Shown: positions 24,649 to 32,862 of the stretch, piece by piece
How positions within the stretch are numbered: position 1 is the stretch's first letter
Layout: each line of letters begins with the position of its first letter
Source: an uncultured Verrucomicrobia subdivision 3 bacterium
GTDB taxonomy: Bacteria; Verrucomicrobiota; Verrucomicrobiia; Limisphaerales; UBA11358
Length of the DNA: 64,000 nucleotides
Direction of reading: 5' to 3'
NCBI GenBank assembly: GCA_903884535.1
Contig: CAISEZ010000050.1
Location: 16,600 to 80,599, forward strand
The notes under the pieces: generated by a model
What the model was told of the DNA's origin: nothing
The model's input: only the letters and a program-made list of their open reading frames with translations
Databases searched by the model: none
Program-made: the position numbers and the translations under genes

Positions 24649-27603
24649 TCACGGCACGCTTGGCCGTGCCGTTGCAGCCTGCGTCGTGATCGTGGTCGTC
24701 AACGGTCGCAAGCCGTCCGCGCTCGCGGTCAGTTTGATTTCGCCGGCGGTTTTGGCGGACTGCACCAGGATTTGCGCGAGGCCGTTGAACACGCTGCGCG
24801 ACCACGCCGACGCGACCGGTTTGCCGGCCAGTTCCACGTTCACGTCGGGATTGAGGCCACCGGTGCCGGATTGGTTCATCACGCCAACGGCGATGACATT
24901 GTCACCGGCGTGCAAAACTTTTTTGATGTCGTATGCCGGCTGCGCCGCCCAGTCGCGCGATTCGCCGACGCGCTTGTTGTTCGCAAAAATCCAGCCGTGG
25001 TCGTCAATACCGCCGAAGCGGATCTGGATGCCAGGATTATTATCCAAATCATCCTGGGTCACGGAGACGTGCGCGCGGTAAATCGCCGTCTGGCCTTCCT
25101 GCAAAAACATGTCGCCGGTGTCGCCGTCGGTCTTGGGCTTGATCTGGCTCCAGGCGGCGTCGTCAAACTCCGGCGCATATTCCGGCGCGAGCGCGCCCTT
25201 GCCGGGCACCTCGGCGAGTTTCCAGCGCCAGTCAGTCACGGCGATGGTTTTCACCGGCATCTGCGGCACAAACGTGTCCGGCTCGTGGCAGCTTGGATCG
25301 CCGTTGCCCACGCCGAGGATTTTGCCCGCGCCTTCGATGGCGAAATTAATTTTGTTTCCCGCCGTCGGCACAACGCGGCCTTGCGCGTCGGCCACGGAAA
25401 CGGTGATGACCGAAACATCTTCGCCGTCAGCGTTGATCGTCGCGCGATTCGGCGTGAGCTGAATGGCTACGGCGGCACCGGTCGTTTTCACCTTTTGTTC
25501 CGCGACGAGTTTGCCGCCGTTAAATCCTTTCGCGCTCAAGGTTCCCGGCGCGTATTTTACCTGCCAGGAAAGTTTTGAATTCCGTTTCATCGGCTGTTTG
25601 CCGAGCGAAGTGCCGTTCAGGAACAATTCCACTTCCTCGCAGTTGCTCAACGCGTCCACGCGGATTTCCTGACCTTCCTTGCCCGGCCAATTCCAGTGCG
25701 GGAGCAAATGCAAAACGATGTTCGTCGTCCACCACGATTGGTAATAATAAAAATTGTCCTTGGGAAAACCGCACACGTCGAGGATGCCAAAATGCGAATT
25801 GATGCACGGCCACGCGTAAGGCGTCGGCTCGCCGCGATAATCAAAACCGGTCCACACGAAACCGCCGGAGAGCCACGGCCGGTCGGCGAAGTAGCTCCAC
25901 CATTTTTCCGTGGTCGTCGCCCAGCTCGGCGCGTTGTCGTCGTAGGCGCTGACGTAGCCGAGCTTTTTGTCGTTCGCGTAAATGCCGCGGGTGCTCACGG
26001 TGCTGGCCTGTTCCGTGCCGACGTTCGGCTGGTTAGGATGCTCGGCGTGATATTTGTCCATGTCATCGCCCACATGATAATTCCAGCCGCGCACCTCGAT
26101 GACGCCGTTGATGCCGTCGAACGTGTCGCCCTGCGGCGCGGCGTAAGTCACCGGCCGCGTCGGGTCCAGCGACTTCACGAGATTTTGCATCGTGCGGGCG
26201 ACGTTGCCGCCCTGCGGCGAGGACTGCACGGAAAATTCCTCGTTGGCCACGCTCCAGATGGCAACGCAGGCGTGGTTGCGGTCGCGGCGAATCTGGTCTT
26301 CCCACTTCTGCAAATTTTCCTTGTCGCTGCCGAGCAGGCGGCTCTCATCCATGATCAACATGCCGAGGCGGTCGCAGGCCTCGAGCAGTTCCGGCGTCGG
26401 CGGATTATGCGAGGTGCGGATGGCGTTGCAGCCGAATTCTTTCAATTTGGCGACGCGAAAACTTTGCAGCGCATCCGGCAGCGCCGCGCCGACGCCGGCC
26501 ATGTCCTGATGATTGCAGGTGCCGTAAAGTTCGTAAGGCTTGCCGTTCAGCAAAAAGCCTTTGTCCTTGTCAAAGCCGACGGTGCGGATGCCGAAGGTGG
26601 TTTCTTTTTGGTCAACAACTTTTCCGGCAACCAAAATTGTTTCGGTAAGTTTGTATAATTTCGGCGACTCTGGTGACCAGAGCACTGGTGAAGGAATTTC
26701 AAATGTAGCCTCTGTCTTGCCTTGCTTCCCGAAGAAAAGCACGGGGTTAAGTCCATTTATCTTATCGTGAACAGGAATCAACTCTCCGTCTGGCGCAATA
26801 ACCTGATATTGTATTAATGCAAGTGGAGCTTCAGTTGACATTTCTCCGCGAATAAATTCCTTTGGGGTCTGTATTTTATTTACGGCTTCATCTGTGAGTT
26901 CGGTGAAGACACCTACTTGAGCCGGACCTTCGGGCAAACTGTTTGTGAAATTGACCAAAACGAAAACACCGTCTGGCTTGATCGCCACCGGTGCGGTCTT
27001 GTCCAGCCAGACGTGGCGGTAGATGCCCGCGCCCTCGTAAAACCAGCCCTCGAATTTCGTCGCGTCCACTTTCACCGCGATGACGTTCTTGCCGCCGAAC
27101 TTCACCACGTCGGTGATGTCTTCGCGGAACGGATAATAGCCGCCTTCGTGGCGTGTCACGAGCCAGCCGTTGACCCACACCGTCGTGTCGCGAAACGCGC
27201 CGTCGAACGTCAGCCAGATGCGCTTGCCGGAATCCGCGGCCGGCAGTTCCAGTGTGCGGCGATACCAGCCGATGCTGTTTTTGTAAAAGCCCGGGCCGAC
27301 CGGCTTGAAGCCGTGGCTCGTGTCGGCCAATTTGTCGAATGGTAATTCAATCGCCCAGTCGTGCGGCAAATCGAGCGAGCGCCACGCGGTGTCATTGAAT
27401 TTTTCGGACGCCGGGCCGGTGCTGGCGCCCGCCTTGTCGAGGTGCAGCGCGTTCGGCCAATCGTCGCCGAGATGAAATTTCCAGTTCGCGTCGAGCGAAA
27501 GATGTTCGCGCGGCGAAGTCGCGTCGGCCGCGCGCAGGTTCAAAGCAAAAGCAACGACGACCAGCGTGAGCCACCGGGCGATGGGCAGGCAGAGGGATTT
27601 CAT
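24649..27603 (-). CDS. Secreted glycoside hydrolase family 2 (beta-galactosidase/beta-glucuronidase-like) with C-terminal accessory domains
   Basis: Signal peptide, WRSLDLPHDWAIE sugar-binding domain, NAIRTSHNPP and WSVANEE TIM-barrel blocks; 984 aa. Confidence 0.85.
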   Translation of the reverse strand: MKSLCLPIARWLTLVVVAFALNLRAADATSPREHLSLDANWKFHLGDDWPNALHLDKAGASTGPASEKFNDTAWRSLDLPHDWAIELPFDKLADTSHGFKPVGPGFYKNSIGWYRRTLELPAADSGKRIWLTFDGAFRDTTVWVNGWLVTRHEGGYYPFREDITDVVKFGGKNVIAVKVDATKFEGWFYEGAGIYRHVWLDKTAPVAIKPDGVFVLVNFTNSLPEGPAQVGVFTELTDEAVNKIQTPKEFIRGEMSTEAPLALIQYQVIAPDGELIPVHDKINGLNPVLFFGKQGKTEATFEIPSPVLWSPESPKLYKLTETILVAGKVVDQKETTFGIRTVGFDKDKGFLLNGKPYELYGTCNHQDMAGVGAALPDALQSFRVAKLKEFGCNAIRTSHNPPTPELLEACDRLGMLIMDESRLLGSDKENLQKWEDQIRRDRNHACVAIWSVANEEFSVQSSPQGGNVARTMQNLVKSLDPTRPVTYAAPQGDTFDGINGVIEVRGWNYHVGDDMDKYHAEHPNQPNVGTEQASTVSTRGIYANDKKLGYVSAYDDNAPSWATTTEKWWSYFADRPWLSGGFVWTGFDYRGEPTPYAWPCINSHFGILDVCGFPKDNFYYYQSWWTTNIVLHLLPHWNWPGKEGQEIRVDALSNCEEVELFLNGTSLGKQPMKRNSKLSWQVKYAPGTLSAKGFNGGKLVAEQKVKTTGAAVAIQLTPNRATINADGEDVSVITVSVADAQGRVVPTAGNKINFAIEGAGKILGVGNGDPSCHEPDTFVPQMPVKTIAVTDWRWKLAEVPGKGALAPEYAPEFDDAAWSQIKPKTDGDTGDMFLQEGQTAIYRAHVSVTQDDLDNNPGIQIRFGGIDDHGWIFANNKRVGESRDWAAQPAYDIKKVLHAGDNVIAVGVMNQSGTGGLNPDVNVELAGKPVASAWSRSVFNGLAQILVQSAKTAGEIKLTASADGLRPLTTTITTQAATARPSVP

Positions 27604-27755
27604 CCGGCAAATTTGAACGGCAAAAGTCCGCGTGGCAATTCCATTTCAAAATTCTTTTGGGTAGGTGGTGTCGTCAGCGGAGACGGCTTGAATAATTCCA
27701 CCGAACATTTTACGGTAGTGCGTTAAATTGGCCACGTCGCAACCTAAAAAACCTT

Positions 27756-28025
27756 ATGCCCTTGAACCTGATTAATCCGGTCGTCCTGAAATACATTAAA
27801 ACCATTGAGATGATCGGCGTCTTGATGCGCATCGCCAGTTTCTCCGCCGTGAGCTGGCTGGGACCGCACAGCCCGTTTTTGATCGTCTGGATCGTCAACA
27901 CCACCGATGCCGTGCTGCTGACCTGGTGCGCGATGCTGAAAAAGGACCGTGCCTACACGGTTTTGAATGTATTCTGGATGATCATCGGCGCCATCGGCAT
28001 TGTGCGCTCCTCGGGCTGGTTTTGA
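27756..28025 (+). CDS. Small 3-TM membrane protein, unknown function
   Basis: 89-aa ORF with three hydrophobic helices. The local sequence is AT-richer than the neighbours. Confidence 0.5.
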   Translation: MPLNLINPVVLKYIKTIEMIGVLMRIASFSAVSWLGPHSPFLIVWIVNTTDAVLLTWCAMLKKDRAYTVLNVFWMIIGAIGIVRSSGWF

Positions 28026-28071
28026 AGCGGTGGGCGCTTGAATATTTCGGGGCGCGGTTTATTCTCCACCC

Positions 28072-28290
28072 ATGCCGATTTACGAATTCCATTGCGAAAA
28101 ATGCGAACGTGACAGCGAAATCCTGGTGCGTTCCGCCGACTGGCAGGGAACGAAATGTCCGCACTGCGGCTCCGCCAAAATCGCCAAAAAGTTTTCCACC
28201 TTTGCGTCCGCCGGTGCGGGCGAAAAAACTTCCGGCCCGAAAACCGGCGGTGGCGGCCACGGCTGCGGCGGCGGCTGCGCCTGCCATTGA
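28072..28290 (+). CDS. FmdB-family zinc-ribbon protein (paralogue 2, Gly/Cys-rich tail)
   Basis: MPIYEFHCEKCERD...CPHCGS, then the tail GGGGHGCGGGCACH. Confidence 0.8.
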   Translation: MPIYEFHCEKCERDSEILVRSADWQGTKCPHCGSAKIAKKFSTFASAGAGEKTSGPKTGGGGHGCGGGCACH

Positions 28291-28296
28291 ATTATT

Positions 28297-28350
28297 TTTT
28301 GGCAGGGCCGCGCTGCGGTGCGGCCCATACTCCGGCGGGGCAGCAGCACC
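28297..28350. repeat. GC-rich stop-codon-adjacent hairpin element (tttggcagggc family)
   Basis: tttggcagggccgcgctgcggtgcggccc...cagcagcaccgccctacc; 7-bp stem gggccgc/gcggccc. Related to 7503-7559. Confidence 0.55.
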
Positions 28351-28353
28351 GCC

Positions 28354-29034
28354 CTACCGCAAACACATTTCCCGCGCGCTGATTTTCGTCAAATCTTCCA
28401 CGGTCCAGTCCGCGCCGCATTTTATTAGTTCCTCAAATTTTGAGCCGCCGGTTGCGACGGCCAGCGTTTTGGCACCGATAAATTTGCCGCAGCGCACATC
28501 AAATGGCGTGTCGCCGATGACGACGATTTCCTGCGGCTGCAGGTCTTTTCCCAAAACGCGGCGGGCGCGTTTGAAGGCGGCGGCGGCGATCTGATCGCGC
28601 TCCTCGTGGTCGTCGGCAAAACCGCCGAATTGAAAAAGTTCCCACAGGCCGAAGTGGCGCAGCTTGATTTCCGCGCCGATCTGGACGTTGCCGGTGAGCA
28701 AACCAAGCGCCGGCGGCTGCGGCAGCGATTGCAAATCGCGGATGAATTCGCGCACGCCGCGGCACATCTCGCCGCCGTTTTGTTCCAAAATGTGCTGCAG
28801 CCAGAAAACGTAGTGCTCGAAAAATTCGCGGAAATGTTCCGGCGTGGCGGTGACGTCGTGGATGCGGAAAAATTCGCGGACGAGGCTGACGTCCGTGCGG
28901 CCGGCGAATTTCATCTTTTCCGTGCCGTGATGGAGATGGAATTGTTTGGCGAACGTTTTTGTAAACGCCGCCGTGCCCGCGCCGCCGGTGTGGACGAGCG
29001 TGCCGTCAATGTCGAACAAAACGAGCCGGATCAT
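28354..29034 (-). CDS. HAD-superfamily hydrolase (phosphoglycolate phosphatase-like)
   Basis: LVLFDIDGTLVHT motif I, LLTGN motif II, VVIGDTPFDVRCG motif IV. Confidence 0.8.
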   Translation of the reverse strand: MIRLVLFDIDGTLVHTGGAGTAAFTKTFAKQFHLHHGTEKMKFAGRTDVSLVREFFRIHDVTATPEHFREFFEHYVFWLQHILEQNGGEMCRGVREFIRDLQSLPQPPALGLLTGNVQIGAEIKLRHFGLWELFQFGGFADDHEERDQIAAAAFKRARRVLGKDLQPQEIVVIGDTPFDVRCGKFIGAKTLAVATGGSKFEELIKCGADWTVEDLTKISAREMCLR

Positions 29035-29113
29035 GTGGCGCGCAAGTTACCAGAGCCGTCGCCCCGCGCGAGTTTTTTAGCCGGAGCTTCCCACGGTGGC
29101 GGTTGCAAAGACC

Positions 29114-31195
29114 TCACGGCGCGCGGTAGGTGCGGAAGAATTTGACCGGGTCGCTGACACCGTTGGTCATGAAGGTAAAACTGGATGCCTCGGTGGTGGT
29201 TTGAATATTTGTGGCAAAGGGCGTCCACGTGGTGAGGTCCGTCGAGGTTTCGACATTAAAAGTGCGGTTGAGCTGCGATTCCCAACTCAACGTGACGGTT
29301 TGATTGCTGCTGGCGATGAACAGCATTTTATACGGCGTGTTGAAAGGATTGTTGAACATCACCAACACTGGTAAATGGTCTGACGCGGTCTTGTCGTCGT
29401 TGCTAAAAAGATTGGACGGAAAATTGGTCAGCAAATCGGTGCGGAAAACCTCGCTGCCGGCGATATTTGAAAACAGCAGTCGGCACGGCAGGATGTAATC
29501 GAAGCGCGTGTCGAGCGAACCTTGAATAGATTCGGTCAGATCGGCATGAGTCACCGGATTCACCGGAATGGTCATCTGCAAACCGGTCGGCGCGCTGGTC
29601 AGCCGCTGGAGGGGCTGGCCGCTGACATAATTTTTGTCGGGGAAGAACGCGTCCTCGTTCAAATCGCCACACAAAACATACGGATGCAAGCCGTTCGTGC
29701 CCGGCAGAAAAACCGTGGCAAAATAATTGGAAATGGCGGAAGCCATCGCCGCACGCTTGTTCGCGTCGTCCTGCGGCGTGGTGAAGCCGGTGGATTTCAG
29801 ATGCGCGACAAAAATGTGCAGCGGCAGCGGATAATTGGGCACGGCGATTTGCGCCTCGAATAAATCGCGCGTGAAGCGCGTGCCGGTGTAGCCGAACGGC
29901 GCGAGGCTGGAAAACGCCAGATGACTCGCCGAGCGCGTGATCGGAAAGCGGCTGGCGATGACGCTTTGAATATAAGTGTCACCGATGGAATTGGTCGCCA
30001 GATAATAGCCCGGCAAAAATGCCCGCATCCAGGCCGGCATCTGCGCGACGCCGTTGGTCACGGGAATTTCGTTGAACGTGATGATGTCGGGTTTCAAATA
30101 CATCAGCTCGCGTCCGATGGCCTGCGCCTGCGGTTTGTTCGTGCTCCAGTCGGTCGCGCCGTTGCCGGCCACGTTGTAAGTCAAAAGCTTAATCGCGCCA
30201 TTGGTCGCCAGCAGCGACGTGGGCGCAATGCGGAGCATGGCCGCGCCGCTGTTCGTCGCGCCGGCGATATTCATCACCGCGACGGAATAATCCCCGGCTT
30301 GAACCGCCGTCAAATTGGGCAAAGTCAGCGTTGCGTTGGTGGCGTCGGCTAGATTGGTTCCGTTGAACTGCCATTGAAAATTTGGCGCGGGACAGCCCGT
30401 CGCGCCGACGGAAAAAAACGCGAAACCGCCTTCGCCCGCCGCTTCGTCTTGCGGCTGGGTCGCGATGCTTGGCGGCTCACTGCCGGCCGGACTAAAATGG
30501 ACGGTGAGATTGTCAATCGCCACGCCGGGGCTGCTGCCCGAACTGGGCCGGGCCAGAAACCAGCGTAAAAAAATTTCCTGTCCCGCCTGCACCGCGACGC
30601 CTGCCAGTGGCACATTGGTGAAAATAATTTGGTTAGCCGCCGCCGTGCCGTCCAAAGCGCCGAAGCTGCCACCGAAAACGGGCGTGGCGAAATTCAGAGC
30701 GGCCACCGGCGTCCAGGCAAACGCGCCCGCGCCGTTGGCGTTCGTCAGCGAAACGCCGGTTTGATACGAAAAAGTCAGCGTCTGCGTCGCCGCATTGGCA
30801 TTGCGCCATTGTTCGCCGGTGAAGGAAATAAAAATATTGCTCTGCGCAAATTCCGTGTCGTTCGTGAACCGCAGTCCGAACGCGATATTGCCGGGCGTGC
30901 CGGAAACCAAGACGCCCAGCGCGCGATTGGCCGCCGCCGTTGCGCCGAAACTGTAAAGTGAGCCGGTGGTAAGCGATCCCGTATTCGCGATGTAATTTGT
31001 AATCGCGCTTGGCGAAACACTCCTGGCCGCATACCAGCCCGGCAAAGTGGTGTTGTCCGTCCAGTTGTTCGTCGAGCCGCTATTCGCCAGCCCGTCGAAG
31101 CTTTGATGGTAAGTTCCGCCGCTCATGGAAATCTGCGCCTCGGCGAAATCCACCTGCAAAACAACCGCGACAAAAATGACGGGGACCAATTTCAT
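29114..31195 (-). CDS. Secreted multidomain protein with Ig-like repeat and endonuclease/exonuclease/phosphatase (EEP) domain
   Basis: Signal peptide; LLTYNVAGNG (EEP N-terminal Asn/Glu region) and SDHLPVLV (EEP C-terminal His); Ig-like PSIATQPQD...GDYSVAV segment; C-terminal beta-sandwich. Confidence 0.7.
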   Translation of the reverse strand: MKLVPVIFVAVVLQVDFAEAQISMSGGTYHQSFDGLANSGSTNNWTDNTTLPGWYAARSVSPSAITNYIANTGSLTTGSLYSFGATAAANRALGVLVSGTPGNIAFGLRFTNDTEFAQSNIFISFTGEQWRNANAATQTLTFSYQTGVSLTNANGAGAFAWTPVAALNFATPVFGGSFGALDGTAAANQIIFTNVPLAGVAVQAGQEIFLRWFLARPSSGSSPGVAIDNLTVHFSPAGSEPPSIATQPQDEAAGEGGFAFFSVGATGCPAPNFQWQFNGTNLADATNATLTLPNLTAVQAGDYSVAVMNIAGATNSGAAMLRIAPTSLLATNGAIKLLTYNVAGNGATDWSTNKPQAQAIGRELMYLKPDIITFNEIPVTNGVAQMPAWMRAFLPGYYLATNSIGDTYIQSVIASRFPITRSASHLAFSSLAPFGYTGTRFTRDLFEAQIAVPNYPLPLHIFVAHLKSTGFTTPQDDANKRAAMASAISNYFATVFLPGTNGLHPYVLCGDLNEDAFFPDKNYVSGQPLQRLTSAPTGLQMTIPVNPVTHADLTESIQGSLDTRFDYILPCRLLFSNIAGSEVFRTDLLTNFPSNLFSNDDKTASDHLPVLVMFNNPFNTPYKMLFIASSNQTVTLSWESQLNRTFNVETSTDLTTWTPFATNIQTTTEASSFTFMTNGVSDPVKFFRTYRAP

Positions 31196-31218
31196 GGGCA
31201 GCCCGCGACGTGCTCCTA

Positions 31219-31899
31219 CTATCGTTTTTGATTATAACTTGTCTGCGAAAATTTACCAGCCGCTAATTGATGCGCCGCCGCCAGCAACTCGTCATCCGCG
31301 CCGCCAGCCTGCCAGTGAATGTGAAATTGAGCAGCGGCCACCGCGACCAAGGCCCGCTCCCAGTCGTTTCGCTCGATGGCGACCTCCGGCGATTGCACCG
31401 AACCCTGGATCAGCAGGCCTAGCTTGTTTCGCCGCTGCGCCGCGCCCGCGATTTTTTTAGCGTGCCAGAGGAGATCCGATTTTTCGTGGCCGACAAAACA
31501 CTGTCCCGGCTGCATTTTTTTGCAGCACGGTGCCAACTCGGTTTCGATTTTTAAATCCGCGAACGCCAGCCGCAGCCAGTCGTGGATGCGCCGGTAACTT
31601 TCTTCGGCCTTGAGCGAATGCCACTCGTGGCCCGGCGGAAATACCGCGCTGTAAGTCCAATCCGCGTCGTGCGGCACGATGCCGCCGCCCGTCGGCCGCC
31701 GGATGAGCGGACGCAATTGCGTGGCGTGTTCGACCTCGGAATATTTCTGGAAATAGCCGAACGTCGCCGCCGGCTCCGTCCAGCCGTAAAAACGCAAAAC
31801 CGGTTTTTGCAAACGCGGCATGGCTTCGAGCAGCGCCTCATCCAGCGCCATGTTGAACGCGGCATCGCACGGGCCGGAGTTGAGAAGAAACCAATTCAT
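31219..31899 (-). CDS. Biotin/lipoate A/B protein ligase family protein
   Basis: BPL_LplA_LipB-type core with the HAKKIAGAAQRR lysine block; 226 aa. Confidence 0.65.
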   Translation of the reverse strand: MNWFLLNSGPCDAAFNMALDEALLEAMPRLQKPVLRFYGWTEPAATFGYFQKYSEVEHATQLRPLIRRPTGGGIVPHDADWTYSAVFPPGHEWHSLKAEESYRRIHDWLRLAFADLKIETELAPCCKKMQPGQCFVGHEKSDLLWHAKKIAGAAQRRNKLGLLIQGSVQSPEVAIERNDWERALVAVAAAQFHIHWQAGGADDELLAAAHQLAAGKFSQTSYNQKR

Positions 31900-31903
31900 T
31901 CGG

Positions 31904-32007
31904 CCACAGATTTACACAGATGAAACACAGATGGAACTTTCATTTACCCAACACACTAAAAATGGCTTTATTTAAAAATCTGTGTTTCATCTGTGTCCAT
32001 CTGTGTC
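31904..32007. repeat. Palindromic intergenic element (cacagat word family), copy 1
   Basis: ccacagatttacacagatgaaacacagat (31904-31932) pairs with atctgtgtttcatctgtgtccatctgtg (31978-32005). It fills the gap between the nth stop and the ligase-family gene start. Confidence 0.8.
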
Positions 32008-32666
32008 TAAAAAGTTTTCACCCCAATCTGCGGACAGAAATTTTTAATTTCGCAGGTTGCGCAATCCGGCGTGCGCGCGGCGCAGCGGCGGCGGCCGTGC
32101 CAGATGAGCCAGTGACTGAACCGCGCCCAGTCTTTTTGCGGCACCAGCGGCATCAACGCCTGCTCCAGCTTCACCGCGTCCGTGCCTTTGGCGAGGCCGA
32201 GCCGGTTGGCCAGTCGCGTGACGTGCGTGTCCACGACCACGCCGACGTTAATGCCGAACGCATTTCCCAAAACGACATTGGCCGTCTTGCGTCCGACGCC
32301 TGCGAGCGCGTGCAACTCATCCATCGTGCGCGGCACCTCGCCGCCGAATTTTTCCACCAGCGCGCGACAGCAGTTTTGAATATTTTTTGCTTTGTTGCGG
32401 AAAAAGCCGGTGGTTTTCACGGCCGCTTCGAGGTCCGCGAGCGGTGCGTCCGCAAAATCCCTGGTGGTGCGATATCTTTTGAACAGCTCCGCCGTCACGA
32501 GATTCACGCGCTTGTCGGTGCATTGCGCGGACAAAATTGTAGCGATGAGCAATTGCAGCGGATTGGAGAAATTCAATTCACAGTGCGCGGTCGGATAAGT
32601 CCGCTGGAGCACGTCGCAAATTTGTTTTGTGCGTTCCATTTTGGCGGCGGCGGTTTCGCGTGGCAT
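32007..32666 (-). CDS. nth: Endonuclease III
   Basis: HhH LHALAGVGRKTANVVL and Fe-S cluster loop CAARTPDCATCEIKNFC (C-x6-C-x2-C-x5-C). ATG 32666 preferred, because the track start lies inside a repeat. Confidence 0.9.
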   Translation of the reverse strand: MPRETAAAKMERTKQICDVLQRTYPTAHCELNFSNPLQLLIATILSAQCTDKRVNLVTAELFKRYRTTRDFADAPLADLEAAVKTTGFFRNKAKNIQNCCRALVEKFGGEVPRTMDELHALAGVGRKTANVVLGNAFGINVGVVVDTHVTRLANRLGLAKGTDAVKLEQALMPLVPQKDWARFSHWLIWHGRRRCAARTPDCATCEIKNFCPQIGVKTF

Positions 32667-32722
32667 GGCACGGAAGATTAACAACGAGACAGAATGCGGC
32701 AAGCCTTCGGAGCGCCGACAGC

Positions 32723-32813
32723 GTAGTGGCACGGGCGTCCCGCCCGTGAGTTTCAGTCCCGGCCAGTAATCACGTTCATCCGGAACTCACGGGCGGGACG
32801 CCCATGCCACTAC
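32723..32813. repeat. 30-bp near-perfect inverted repeat (gtagtggcacgggcgtcccgcccgtgagtt / aactcacgggcgggacgcccatgccactac)
   Basis: Arms at 32723-32752 and 32784-32813 with 1 mismatch and a 31-nt spacer. Confidence 0.8.
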
Positions 32814-32814
32814 C

Positions 32815-32848
32815 AATAAAAAAGCCTGGACGCGCACGTCCGGGCTTT
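32815..32848 (-). terminator. Rho-independent terminator candidate for the 38238-32863 operon
   Basis: The minus strand reads agcccggacgtgcgcgtccaggct followed by a T-run, 15 nt after the stop of the 764-aa gene. Confidence 0.6.
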
Positions 32849-32862
32849 GAATTGTTCCGTGA

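Noticed and set aside
27756-28025. SemiSWEET/PnuC assignment for the 89-aa 3-TM protein.
   Set aside because: There is no PQ-loop or PnuC signature residues. Only size and helix number match.
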